A program made the translations under genes and the position numbers. From Eledone cirrhosa (lineage: Eukaryota): a DNA stretch of 64,000 nucleotides. The stretch spans positions 29,574,001 through 29,638,000 of the forward strand of contig OZ024741.1 of the NCBI GenBank assembly GCA_964016885.1, in the 5' to 3' direction. Shown one piece after another: positions 14,401 to 29,824 of the stretch. Below the pieces are notes generated by a model. It was not told where the DNA came from. It was given only the letters and a program-made list of their open reading frames with translations, and did no database searches. The stretch's first letter is position 1; every line of letters starts with the position of its first letter.

Positions 14401-17400
14401 CCATTCTGTGGTATACCTCACCCCAGCCTGTAGTATACCTCACCCCAGTCTGTGACATTCCTCACCCCAGTCTATGTAATATACCTTATCCCAGTTTGTG
14501 ACATTCCTCATCCCAGTCTATGTGATATACCTCCTCGCAGTTTGTGGTATACCTCACCCCAGCCTGTAGTATAGCTCACCCCAGTCTGTGACATTCCTCA
14601 CTCCAGTCTGAGGTATATTTCACCCCAGCCTGTGTGGTATAGCCCACCCTGGTCTGTGGTATACCTCACCCCAGTCTGTGGTATACCTTACCCCAGACTT
14701 TGGTATACCTCACCCCAACCTATGTGGTATACCTCACCCCAGTCTGTAATATACCTCCCCCCAGGTTATGATATACCTGACCCCAGTCTGTGATATACCT
14801 CACCCTAGTCTGTGGTATACCACACCCACGTCTGTGGTATGCCTCAGCCCTGACTGTGATATACCTCACTCCAGTCTGTGGTATACCTCAACCCCGTCTG
14901 TAATATACCTCATCCCGACTGTGATATACCTCACCCCAGTCCGTGATTCTGTGATATACCTTACCCCAGTCTGTGGTCGACTTCAACCCAGTCTGTGGTA
15001 TACTTCACCCCAGCCTGTGATATACTTCACCCCAGGCTGTATGGTATACCTCACCTAATCTATGGTATACCTCACCCCAGTCTATGGTATACCTCACCCC
15101 AGTCTGTGGTATACCTCACCCCAGTCTATGGTAGACCTCACACCAGTCTGTGGCATACCCCAGCCAGTCTGTGGCATACCTCATCCCAGTCTATGGAATA
15201 CCTCACACCAGTCCGCGGTATATCTTACTTCAGTCTTTGGTATACCTCACCCCAATTTGTGGTATACTTCACCTCAGTCTATGGTATACCTCACCCCAGT
15301 CTGTGATATACCTCACATCAGTCTGTGGTATACCGCACCTCAGTCTGTGATATACTTCACCACAGGTTGTGGTATACCGCACCCCAGTCTGGGGTATACC
15401 TCACATCAGTCTGTCGTATACCTCAACCCAGTATGTGGTATACCTCACCTCAGTCTGTGGTGTACCTCACCCCAGTATGTGGTATTTCTCAACCCAGTCT
15501 GTGGTATACCTCACCCCAGCCTGTGATATACCTCACCCAGTCCGTGGTATACCACACCGCCGTCTGTGGTATACCTCAGCCCTGTCTGTGATATACCTCA
15601 GCCAGGTCTGTGACATTCCTCACCTAAGTCTGTGGTATACCTAACCGCCGTCTGTAATATACCTCATCCCGACTGTGATATACCTCAACTCTCTCTGAGG
15701 TATCCCTCACCCCAGCCTGTGGTATACCCCACCCCAGTAAGTGTGATATACCTCACCCCAGTCTGTGATTCTGTGATATACCTCACCCCAGGCTGTGGTA
15801 TACCTCACCTCAGTCTGTCGTATACCTCACACCAGTCCGTGGTATATCTTACTTCAGTCTTTGGTATACCGCACCCCAGTCTGTGATATACTTCACCACA
15901 GGTTGTGGTATACCGCACCCCAGTCTGTGATTATGTGATATACCTCACCCCAGACTGTGGTATACCTCACCGCAGACTGTGTGGTATACCTCACCCCAGT
16001 CTGTGGTATCCCTCACCCCAGCCTGTGGTATACCCCACCCCAGTAAGTGTGATATACCTCACCCCAGTCTGTGATTCTGTGATATACCTCACCCCAGGCT
16101 GTGGTATACCTCATCCCAGACTGTGTGGTATACCTCACCCCAGTCTGTGGTATACCTCACCCCAGGCTGTGGTATACCTCAGCCCAGTCTGTCGCATACC
16201 TCACACCAGTCCGTGGTATATCTTACTTCAGTCTTTGGTATACCTCACCTCAATTTGTGGTATACTTCACCTCAGTATATGGTATACCTCACCCCAGTCT
16301 GTGGTATACCGCACCCCAGTCTGTGATATACTTCATCACAGGTTGTGGTATACCGCACCCCAGTCTGTGATATACTTCACCACAGGTTGTGGTATACCGC
16401 ACCCCAGTCTGTGGTATACCTCACATCAGTCTGTCGTATAGCTCAACCCAGAATGTGGTATACCTCACCCAGTCTGTGGTATAACTCACTCCAGTCTGTT
16501 GTATACTTCAGCCAGTTTGTGGTATACCTCACCCCAGTCTGTGGTATACCTCAACCCAGTCTGTGGTATACCTCAACGCAGTCTGTGGTATACCTCACAC
16601 CAGTCTGTGATATACCTCACCACAGGTTGTGCGGTATACCTCACCCCATCTATGGTATACCTAACCCCAGTCTATGGTATACCTCACCCCAGTCTGTGGT
16701 ATACCTCACCCCACTCTATGGTATACCTCACACCAGTCTATTGTATACAACAGCGAGTCTGTGGTGTACCTCACACCAGCCTGTAGTATACCTCACCCTG
16801 TCTGTGGTATACCTCACCCCAGTCCATGGTATACGTCACACCAGCCTGTAGTATACCTCACCCAGTCTGTGGTGTACCTCACCCTAGCCTGTGGTATACC
16901 CCAACCGAGTATGTGGTATACCTCCCCCAGTCTGTGGTATACCACACCGCAGTCTGTGGCATACCTCACATAAGCCTGTGGTATACCGCACCCTAGTCTG
17001 TGGTGTACCTCACCCCCGTCTGAGGTATACCTCACCCCAGTCTGTGGTATACCTCACATCAGTCTGTGGTATACTTCACCCCAGTCTGTGGTATACCTCA
17101 CCCCAGGCTGTGGTATACCTCACCCCAGGCTGTGATATACTTCACCCCAGGCTGTGGTATAATCACCCCAGGCTGTGGTATACCTCACATCAGTCTGTGG
17201 TATACCGCACCCCAGTCTGTGATATACTTCACCCCAGTCTGTGGTATACCTCATCCCAGTAAGTGTGATATACCTCACCCCAGTATGTGGTATACTTCAC
17301 CCCAGTCTGTGGTATGCCTTACCCCAATATGTGATATACATCACCTCAGTCTGTGGTATACCTCACCCCAGTGTGTGATATACCTCACCCCAGTCTATGG

Positions 17401-18030
17401 TATACCTCACCCCTCTCTGTGGTATAACTCACATCAGTCTGTGGTATACCTCACCCCAGTCTGTGACATCCCTCCAGTCTGTGGTATACCTCACCCCAGT
17501 CTGTGGTATTCATCACCCCCTCTGTAGTATGCCTCACCCAGCCTGTAGTATACTTCACCCCAGTCTGTGACATTCCTCCCCCCCAGTCTGTGGTATACCT
17601 CACTCCAGTCTGTGATATACCTCACCCCCCTCTGTAGTATACCTCACCCAGCCTTTAGTATACTTCACCCCAGTCGGTGATATACCTCACCCCAGTCTGT
17701 GACATTCCTCCACCCTGTCTGTGGTATACCTCACTCCAGTCTGTGATATACCTCACCCCAGTCTGTGACATTCCTCCCCCCAGTCTGTGGTATACCTCAC
17801 TCCAGTCTGTGATATACCTCACCCCCCTCTGTAGTATACCTCACCCAGCCTTTAGTATACTTCACCCCAGTCGGTGATATACCTCACCCCAGTCTGTGAC
17901 ATTCCTCCACCCTGTCTTTAGTATACTTCACCCCAGTCTGTGATATACCTCACCCCAGTCTGTGACATTCCTCCCCCCAGTCTGTGGTATACCTCACTCC
18001 AGTCTGTGATATACCTCACCCCAGCCTGTG
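5440..18030. repeat. 22-bp tandem satellite, consensus TGTGGTATACCTCACCCCAGTC, about 12.6 kb (roughly 560 units), with 24-bp variants and higher-order duplications
   Basis: Direct reading. About 6940-7920 recurs 1919 bp downstream (identical ORFs at 7084 and 9003). Confidence 0.97.
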
Positions 18031-18314
18031 TGGTGTTTCGGCTGTGCCCTGCCGGAGAAATAATAAAGGTATTGCCACAGAGAATGGCCAGTGACAGCCA
18101 CTGCACCAACCAGCCCACCTTATGGTGCTGCTTCTTGAAGCCGGCTGTTGTGATTTTGATTATACAGAGACCGAAGACACATAAAGTCACAGTCGCGTTA
18201 GCTAACAAAACATATTGTGGACTAGAGTTCAAAGTTGTTTCCATAGATGTAAATATACACACACACATACACATACAAACATGCACACTCACAGAAACAC
18301 AGACACACACACAC

Positions 18315-18351
<37 letters not shown>

Positions 18352-18355
<4 letters not shown>

Positions 18356-19597
18356 CTAGCTTATGCTAAACGAATAATTTTTGAAGCTTGTTTCTCCCCT
18401 AAGGTATGCTATATTTTCTGTTGTTCTCCTGTCTCACTCGCTTTACGCGTTTTAATTGTCCTAATAACTTATTTTGGTTATTATTGCACCGAAGTGAGAT
18501 ATATGATTTTTAATGCAATGAAATATCTATGATCTTCGGCAAATCACTGATGAGGGACTTATTTTATTACATGTTACCATGTGCTACCTGCAGTATTTTT
18601 CTCTATATTTTAATACATATATTTACCACTGCGATTCTGTGTTTTTTTCTCTCTCTCTTACTGTTCCCCCATTCTCTCTGTTTCTCCCCCTCTGTCTTGT
18701 CTGTTAACTCTTCCTCACACTTTCACTCACTCACTGTTTTTCTCCCTCTTCTCTTCATTTCATCCTGCACTCACGAACGCTATTTTTTCTCTCTCTGCTC
18801 AATAGCTTTCGTTCGTGTTGGTACTATTCTCTAAGCTCTCATATATTCACCTAGCTTATGCTAAACGAATAATTTTTGAAGCTTGTTTCTCCCCTAACGT
18901 ATGCTATATTTTCTGTTGTTCTCCTGTCTCACTCGCTTTACGCGTTTTAATTGTCCTAATAACTTATTTTGGTTATTATTGCACCGAAGTGAGATATATG
19001 ATTTTTAATGCAATGAAATATCTATGATCTTCGGCAAATCACTGATGAGGGACTTATTTTATTACATGTTACCATGTGCTACCTGCAGTATTTTTCTCTA
19101 TATTTTAATACATATATTTACCACTGCGATTCTGTGTTTTTTTCTCTCTCTCTTACTGTTCCCCCATTCTCTCTGTTTCTCCCCCTCTGTCTTGTCCGTT
19201 AACTCTTCCTCACACTTTCACTCACTCACTGTTTTTCTCCCTCTTCTCTTCATTTCATCCTGCACTCACGAACGCTATTTTTTCTCTCTCTGCTCAATAG
19301 CTTTCGTTCGTGTTGGTACTATTCTCTAAGCTCTCATATATTCACCTAGCTTATGCTAAACGAATAATTTTTGAAGCTTGTTTCTCCCCTAAGGTATGCT
19401 ATATTTTCTGTTGTTCTCCTGTCTCACTCGCTTTACGCGTTTTAATTGTCCTAATAACTTATTTTGGTTATTATTGCACCGAAGTGAGATATATGATTTT
19501 TAATGCAATGAAATATCTATGATCTTCGGCAAATCACTGATGAGGGACTTATTTTATTACATGTTACCATGTGCTACCTGCAGTATTTTTCTCTATA

Positions 19598-19604
<7 letters not shown>
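18352..19604. repeat. 495-bp unit tandem repeat, about 2.5 nearly identical copies, flanked by (TA)n
   Basis: Unit starts TCACCTAGCTTATGC at 18352, 18847 and 19342. Confidence 0.95.
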
Positions 19605-19660
<56 letters not shown>

Positions 19661-19662
<2 letters not shown>

Positions 19663-20440
19663 CGAAGGAAATGTGGTAAGGAACCAGATGGACCATAATG
19701 CACCAAAGTACTCAATACTTAGGGTAGCAGAGTAGGTAATAGGAACAATGTATGACCCCGACGTCAGAGCTCAAGCCGTTTCGACGGCTAGTTCTTGACT
19801 AAATAAGAATTTTTAGCCTGGTAAATAAATAGCCGAACTTCTCAGGCGGTAATTCCATATATGGGAAGATATTAATTGTTGAAAGGATTGGTGAAAAATT
19901 TGTTGTAAAGACATTCTATCATGGCATTTAGTGGGAGGTAGGTGTGGCTGATCTTGCTGGTAGAACAAAGAGGGAGTGGGGGAAACCCAGTCAAGCGTTG
20001 AAAGTGAAATCTATACAGCAGATTCTAAGGATAGTGTATAGAAGGTTGAAAAAAGTGTACCGGAGAAAGGGAGGGGGAGTTGAAAGAATAGGTAAATTGA
20101 ATAGGTAATTCTTTCAACTCCTCCCTCCCCTTCTCGAGTACACTTTTTTCGACCTTCTATACAGTTCCTCAGAGAAATAACAACCTAACCAGGAACTGGA
20201 CATATCACAGTATTGACAAAATTATACACCTCAACAACATATGTACTTGTCTATACCACACTAATTCGGACTGCCTGAAGAGGTCACAGACAAAGATGGC
20301 TGTCACTGAAATATATATAGTAGTAATAAACGAAGCTAAATTTTAAACATTTGACTTTTTAGTTAACTTTATTTTACATTACTCCGGAGTAACCAAACCA
20401 ACCTGCGCACCTCGTCGAGTGCTCCATTCTGCATACCGAG
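19661..20440. mobile_element. Back-to-back pLTR-like segments with a fold-back junction, inserted in (TA)n
   Basis: About 55-bp inverted arms at 20035-20089 and 20108-20163. Degenerate minus-strand HHR at about 19754-19852 and plus-strand HHR at 20270-20324. The left end recurs at about 56898-56983. Confidence 0.6.
20270..20324 (+). ncRNA. Type I hammerhead ribozyme
   Basis: ACTGC-CTGAAGA-GGTCACAG..CTGTCACT-GAAA-TATATA-TA-GTAGT, followed by AATAAA. Confidence 0.8.
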
Positions 20441-20620
20441 GTGTATATATATATATATATATACACATATATATATATATATATATATATGTGTATATAT
20501 ACTCAAAGATATCGATATATATATGTGTATCATTATATATATATATATATTCTTTTACTGTTTTACCTGTTCCAGCCACCCGGCTGAGGCCTTACTCACA
20601 CACACACACACACACACACA

Positions 20621-20698
<78 letters not shown>

Positions 20699-20739
20699 TA
20701 TATCCCTATTTGGATTTTAGTCTTCACATTTATTATTAT

Positions 20740-20806
<67 letters not shown>

Positions 20807-20994
20807 TATGTACACACGCTTGTATACACGTGTTCGCGTGCGTGTGTGTAAACCAGCTTACATGCACTTGTATTTACATCCGGAGATGCAGATATAGACA
20901 TTGACAGCAACAGAAGACTCCCGCATAGATTCTTAACTGAAAATGAATTTCACGTAAAAAGTAAACATAAGAATTTGAATGAGACGGGGAGAAG

Positions 20995-21027
<33 letters not shown>

Positions 21028-21826
21028 GGGGTGGGTAATGACAGACAGAAAGTGAAGAATAGATTTATGAAAAAAAACAAAAAACGAATTATATTGTAGA
21101 TGGAGATATGTATTCACATATTTGGTCAGAGTGTATGAAACAATACGTCAAAAAAAGTCTTTAGAAATGGAGATGAATAATCCGACACGCACATATAACG
21201 CACACACAACGAAAATAGTAAAATTAAAGTATAATAAACATATAAACATCCATATTATGGTGGTCATCTTAGTACAAATATAATGTTTTGATATGGCAGA
21301 GGATTGCATGATTAGAAACAAAACCGCCATTTTGTTTTCATTTATTTCATCTTATGACTGAGGATATTCCTACCGTAGAAACTAAGTTCCCAAATAAACA
21401 ATGAAACGACGAAACGAACAAAGCAAATATAGAGCCGTATAGTTTGATGCTATTTGTCATTTTTTCCTGCTACTTCCATTAATTATTATCAGTTCTTAAT
21501 TTGACATGAAAATTGTGGTAGACTATGTGGCTGTGAATTTTCTTTAGAATATAAAACACGAGGAGAACACAAAGAAATATATGTATATTTTACTGGCCTT
21601 AAAATACATACACACTCGAGCCTATAGCTGTAACGTGGAATAAATAAAAACAAAACATAATCATTTAAATTGTGGTAGGAATAGTAATATGCAGGCATCT
21701 ATCTTATAAATTTAATGAACTAAGCAAAAAGGACCGGCTCATATATGTACACATTAGATAAAAGGTTTATGTCATACATATCAACAGATTATTATCTAAA
21801 AACAACGCGTAATATGGCTTGCTTAC

Positions 21827-22028
21827 CTGTTACAAATACCAATTGGTCAGACGGCTCTGCAGGTCTTTAATACCAAGTTCTCGAGTTTCATAGTCAAGTG
21901 AAGACCACGGCAGCAGTGGATAGATAGTGCTGCAGACACACATCTCAGACACAACATGTCACTACTGTAGTTCTCGTGGCTTATTGCAGATTGCTAACTT
22001 CCTCACGACACTTTTCCGGTACGAGCGA
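21827..22028 (-). other. Candidate non-coding exon (202 nt)
   Basis: Acceptor TTTTCTTACGTTTCAATTCAG and donor CAG|GTAAGC bracket unique sequence. All three frames contain stops. Confidence 0.3.
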
Positions 22029-22529
22029 CTGAATTGAAACGTAAGAAAATAGTTGGAAAGACATAGGGATGTCAGTGATACGGCGCCAGTTGTTAGGCAG
22101 ATTTGAATCAAACACTCACCTTTAAATGTGTAGGTGGTAAATTAGTCGTTAGAACCTCGTATTAATTTTCCCGCTACGTATCGCTCAGGCCATCTCTGTT
22201 TTCTATCTATTCAGGGTCGATAAATAATGTTCTGGTGAATTTATTAGCGCGTCAGACATGGGACTTCAGAGTTTGACTGTGACCTCACAAGTGCCTAGCC
22301 TTATGGACTCTAGCCTTTTTTTTATAACATCAGTGGCGATGATAGTGAAATATTGGTCATCCACAAAATCTTACTCGAGATAAACTTCTCTAAATAAAGA
22401 TCCATAGTTACACGAAACATACGGAGTCTCCCAAAATGAAGCTTTTGAGATTTAACAATGCATAACTATGTTATATACTTACACATATATAGCACTGGCT
22501 ATTCATACAAATCGCGTTCAATATATTTC

Positions 22530-22680
22530 ATAAGTACAGACATGGTTATATGGTTAATAACTTTGCTTCTTAACTAGTTTCAGGATAAATTCATCTAGGC
22601 ATCATATTCTGAAAGTGCTTTCTACCATAGACTCGGATCAACTGAAGCTATGAGAATACATTTGGTAGGAAGAATATGTA
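22530..22680 (+). mobile_element. Highly degenerate tRNA-derived SINE
   Basis: Remnant A-box-like start and a body resembling a common octopus SINE (..AAGTGCTTTCTACCATAG..ATTTGGTAG), recognised from memory. Confidence 0.35.
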
Positions 22681-23201
22681 TTGAATTTTATCTGAAGGTT
22701 CAATCTTGATTTGGAGTGGTGGATGTAATTCGTGAACAGTTTTGACATCACTACTTGACCAGTAGAAACATTTATAATATTCAGACCAGGTTTCTAGCAG
22801 GCAGATAACTTCTTTTCTTCATATCACGGGTCATAGAGACATCGAACGAAAAAATGTCATGGGCTCTGGTCTTCCTCCTCTGACTAACCATTAAATGATA
22901 AATGACTTCAAATCAATAAAACTACGGGATATTTGTTGACTTTACTGTGAATTAATTAATTCTTTTGTATTGTGTTCAGTTGACGTAATTTTAAGTAACA
23001 ATAGGAATGCTAGGTAATATTTGTAGCTGATATTAATGGTGTTTATATTACATATCTTACACTTATTCCATGCTCAGCTATTTCTGTTGATAATACTACC
23101 AAGTATGGGTTCATTAGTTGGGCGGGAGCAATAGAAGGAAAAAGAAGGAAAAACAAAGTAAGAAACAGACAGAGAGAAAGATTGATAGAGAGAGTGATAC
23201 A

Positions 23202-23635
23202 TAAATAGATAGAGAGAGAGTGGGTGGTGCAGACGGAGAGATTAAGAGGGTAAGGTCTAACACTAATTGAACACTAATCAATTTACTTATAGTTTTTGTT
23301 TCTACAGTGTGAGAAATAGATGGTTGATAAGCTAAATCTCTGGCGGTAGTGTCTACAAATCTGAAGCAAGAGAAATCGTTTTCGTGCCTGACTTGGCGAT
23401 ACAGAAGATGATTCGAGAGCTGCAATGAAGAACAGAAATTAAAATCCCATCTAAAACTCTATATATTCTCCCATTTAAAATGACTATTCTATATATTTCA
23501 CACCCTAAAACTACCATTCTATCTATTTCACACCCTAAAACAACCATTCTATCTATTTCACACCCTAAAACTACCACTAAATAGATAGAGAGAGAGTGGG
23601 TGGTGCAGACGGGGAAATTAAGAGGGTAAGGTCTA
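23202..23635. repeat. 318-bp insert (23260-23577), a copy of the 30157 satellite flank plus about 4 units, bounded by 58-bp direct repeats
   Basis: 23202-23259 is nearly identical to 23578-23635. 23268-23577 matches 30157 onward. Confidence 0.9.
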
Positions 23636-24062
23636 TTTCGAGATAGGAGGCAGAGAGAGAAGGAAAGAGATTGTATGAGACGGATAGAGAACATTGCACA
23701 ACTAAACAGATATAAAGAAACGTAAGTAGACAAGAAGAGATAGGAGAAGGAAGCGAGGGGGAGAAAGAGAGAGGGAGAGAGAGAGACAGGGGCAGAGGGA
23801 GAGTATGATAGAATGTACGAGGGAGAGAGAGAAAGTATGAGAAAAAGAGGGTATGAGAGAGGGAGAGTGGGAAAGAGAGAGATCGCCAATGTAAGAAAGG
23901 ACAGAAAAGAAAGACAGAATGTAGGTGCGTTCTTCTAGACGTGTGTATGTATGGGTATATGTGTGAAGATATGTATGTATGTATCTATATATGTATGTTT
24001 GTATAGATGCATGTATGTATGTATATTTGTATGTATATATGCATGTATGTATGTATATATAT

Positions 24063-24475
24063 CCGGGAGAGATGACCCCTTAGCCTTTGTCAAGGCAGAA
24101 TTCTAGGAGAAGGAAAAGTCTGATATAACACCTGCAACCCTGATGGTATCCAATGATGTTGACTTGTTCTTCTTTTAGGTAAATGTCATCTTGGTTAAGA
24201 GAGTGGGACTGGGTCTGTGCAGTGCCTTTGCTCACTATAAAAGCTTCACGGCACAGGCATTGCTTTATATCTGGAGATCTCTCTGCACTTGTCGTCACAT
24301 GGTACCATGGGCCCAGCACTATGTCTCAATAATTGTCACAAGTGTAGTGTTTATACCAGAGTTTTCAAGTCGCTGGCTGGACTAAAAAGTCACAGTCGTT
24401 CAGCGCATCGGTAGGAGTTCTCCTACATGGATATAAAGTAGTGGCCGTACTCGAAAACGAGTTGGCAGCCACCAT
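24063..24475 (+). mobile_element. Short internally deleted RTE-derived element
   Basis: The 3' part encodes CSVYTRVFKSLAGLKSHSRSAHR*, a decayed C2H2 motif like RTE-BovB C-termini. No RT; flanked by microsatellite. Confidence 0.45.
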
Positions 24476-24629
24476 GTATACATGTATGTATGTATGTGTG
24501 TATAAATGCATGTATGTATATATGTGTATATTATGTATGTATATATGTATATATTATGTATGTATATATGTATATATTATGTATATATATATATGTATAT
24601 ATGTATATATGTATATATGTATATATGTA

Positions 24630-26395
<1,766 letters not shown>

Positions 26396-27144
26396 ATATG
26401 TATATATTATATATGTATATATGTATATATATATGGGTGTGGAGGTATATATACACATACGGAACATGAAAAATATAAAAGAGTTAGACAAAGATGTACA
26501 GTGAGAGAGAGATTATAGTTTTGCTAATGACATTGAAAAGCGGCCATGTTTTAAAGATAATTTAATTGATTTTGTCGATAATCCTATTGAGACAAAATAA
26601 TTAGAAAAATATGACAATATAAAAGATCTAAATATATTTAAGATTACTTTCTTACAATTTGTGTCAAAATAACCCTACAAACTCACACACATAGATATAT
26701 ATACACATATAACTATGTATACATACAAAGCTATAGACACATACTACCTAAGTATGTATAAATGTGTGTATGTGTATAAACATATTTAAGATTACTTTCT
26801 TACAGTTTCTGTCCAAATAACCCTACGAACTCACATACAGATATATATATACACAAAACTATATATACATACAAAGCTATATATACACACACATAGCTAC
26901 ATAAACACACTACCTAAGTATGTATAAATTTGTGTATGTGTATAATTATGTATGATGTATGTATGTATATATGTATTTATATATGTATGTATGCATGTAT
27001 GCATGTACGTATATATATGTGTGTGTATGTATAAATATATATATGTATGATTTATCTGTGTGTAAATATGTGTGTATGTATATATGTATGTATATTTGTA
27101 TGTATTTATGCATGCATGTATGTATATATGTTTGTAGGTATTTT

Positions 27145-27576
27145 CTGGTTTTATAATTTTATAAATGTTTACCAGTAGAGAGAGAGTCGGTTTCTAACAG
27201 ACACAAGACTCTCTCATTGGAATTTACACAACATCAACTAGGTAGATATGTATGCATGTCTGCATGCATGCATGCATGTGTAGGTATGGATGTTATTGTA
27301 TGTGTGGATGTGGATGTTTTGAGTTAAATGTGTGCATGTGCAAATGCTCTTCATCTGTACATGTGTATATGCAGTTATTAGATGCAGAAATTTTGGAATG
27401 TTTTACATATTTTTACTGTTCCATTAATGGATTGTACTTGTAATTTCCTAACTAGTTGTGTTCTTTCTGTTCCTGTGAAGCCCAGCTTCTCAAGATTTGT
27501 ACTGAGGCAGTTACTAACATATCCCAGAACCCCAATAATTAGAGGCATAAATCTGAAGGTATTGTCAGGGTAGAGT
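27145..27576 (-). mobile_element. 3' end of an R4/Dong-like REL-endonuclease LINE within (CATA)n
   Basis: [34 protein letters not shown] matches the REL C-terminal pattern (PIVIGALG..LQK..L.GT..I). Confidence 0.65.
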
Positions 27577-27804
27577 ATGTATGTATGTATGTATGTATGT
27601 ATGTATGTATGTATGTATGTATGTATGTATGTATGTATGTATGTGTATATGTATCTATGTTTGTATGTATGTAAGTATGTATGTGTGTATGTGCATAATG
27701 TATCTATGTATCTATATTTGTATGTATATATGAACATATGTATGTATTGTTTGAACGAAAAAATGGCGTGCATATATACAGTATGCATGTATGTATGTGT
27801 TTTG

Positions 27805-27929
<125 letters not shown>

Positions 27930-28581
27930 TATATATATACACACACATATATATATACATATATATATATGTATGTATAATTATATTTATACATATATAT
28001 ATATGTATGTATAATTATATTTATACATACAATGATACATACATATACAAACATACATGGATACATACATACATACATACATACATAATACATACATACA
28101 TACATAAATATACAGTTTTTTTGTATATAGCAGCATGCATATAGTATTTGTTATTTTGTGGGATGATATACTTCTAATATTTCGGGGAAGAAATCATTGT
28201 TTAGTTTTCATTAAAAAATAGGCGAAGTTTTGAAACGAAATCATAATTGCTAGTGAATTATTTTTCTCTATACTGATGCATATAGGCGGACACATACCCA
28301 TGTAGATATTTGCATACACATTTATCAATACGTTCATACATACATACACATATATATATACATACATATATACATAGATACATACATACACATACATACA
28401 CACATATATATATATATATACACATACATATTAATACATACATACATACACATACATACATATACATGCATACATACAAATATACATATACATATATATA
28501 AACGCACATACATACGCACACACACATGCATACACCACCAAATATATGTATATACACACACACACACATATATATATATAG

Positions 28582-28822
<241 letters not shown>

Positions 28823-29824
28823 GCGATAGAGAGAAAGAGAAAAAGAGAGAGAGGGAGAAAGTAAGTGAGAGTGAGAGAGTGAGAGAGTGAAAGAGTGAGA
28901 GAGATTCGGCAAGAAGAAAAAGTGTTCTCTCTCTATAAACATACTTAATTTATCATAAATAGTTCAGATGGAAAATGATTGCGCTACCTTAGGTCTCATG
29001 ATGCGATTGGATTGCAGGATCGCAATCAGTAATGAGTCAGATATTCTTCAGGCGTTCCTGAACGAGGAAGAGGAAAGTTGGCAGATTTATTTTAATGGTT
29101 AAAGAGAAGCGACTCCGGGAATTTAATGTATCATCTATTGTAAATGTAAATAGAACTTATAATAATATGCCAGGCCGCTTATGAGCGTGACATTTTGAGA
29201 GAGGAGAATGAGTGTTAAGAGGAGAGCGTTGTCAATATTAAAGTTGATTTCATTTCTCTCTGTGTAGACAGTATATTTAGGAGTCGATGTTTCCAAGAGG
29301 AGTGTAAGTACTTTTTGATATGACTCTTATGTATTCAAGCTCTTCAGTATTCTGTATGTTTCACAGGTTCAAAGAGCATACTTCTTATATCCGTGGTTAT
29401 GCAGTATGGATGTTTCAAGCATTTTTCATTTTATTACATGGAGAATACCTCTGCATACCAAAGTGTTCGACGGAGAAATTGCCACAACTGCCATTGAACA
29501 TTTTAACATTAAATTACTTAATTTCCGACCGCAATAGAGTAAATGATTTAGTGTCTTTTGAAGCCGTTCTCCTATTTATGATTTCCAACAATAAATTCCG
29601 TAAGCCCCAAAAAACCTTTTCAAAATATGTTCTTTAATGATATAAAAAAACTTTAAAATTTCTTGTAACGTTTTCTGTTTTCGCCGATAATAATAGATAC
29701 AATCAACTAACCCTAGATAATATCACAAATATGCACCAGAAACTTAGAGTAGATGCTAATAATAACAAATTATAGAGCTAATGGTATTGATAAAGAGATT
29801 GATAAAGAGACCCTGATATTGCCT

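Noticed and set aside
5440-18030. CRISPR-like array or repetitive protein gene (VVYLTPVCGIPHPSLWYTSPQ ORFs)
   Set aside because: Contiguous tandem units with no unique spacers and no cas genes. The 22-bp unit cycles through all three frames with frequent stops.
18030-18255. Hydrophobic minus-strand ORF segment next to the satellite
   Set aside because: No recognisable domain; the ORF starts in microsatellite and ends in satellite.
18490-18560. Permuted HHR or SECIS in the 495-bp unit
   Set aside because: CTGATGA and an upstream GAAA are present but stem II cannot pair. The ATGA..AA..TGAT spacing and helix do not fit a SECIS.
21355-21405. CTGAGGA..GAAA-CTAAG-TT hammerhead-like motif
   Set aside because: Stem I does not pair and stem II is weak; at best a decayed relic.
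26625-26945. About 160-bp local tandem duplication (also short repeats at 52835, 52935 and 53625)
   Set aside because: Ordinary diverged local duplications with no further structure.
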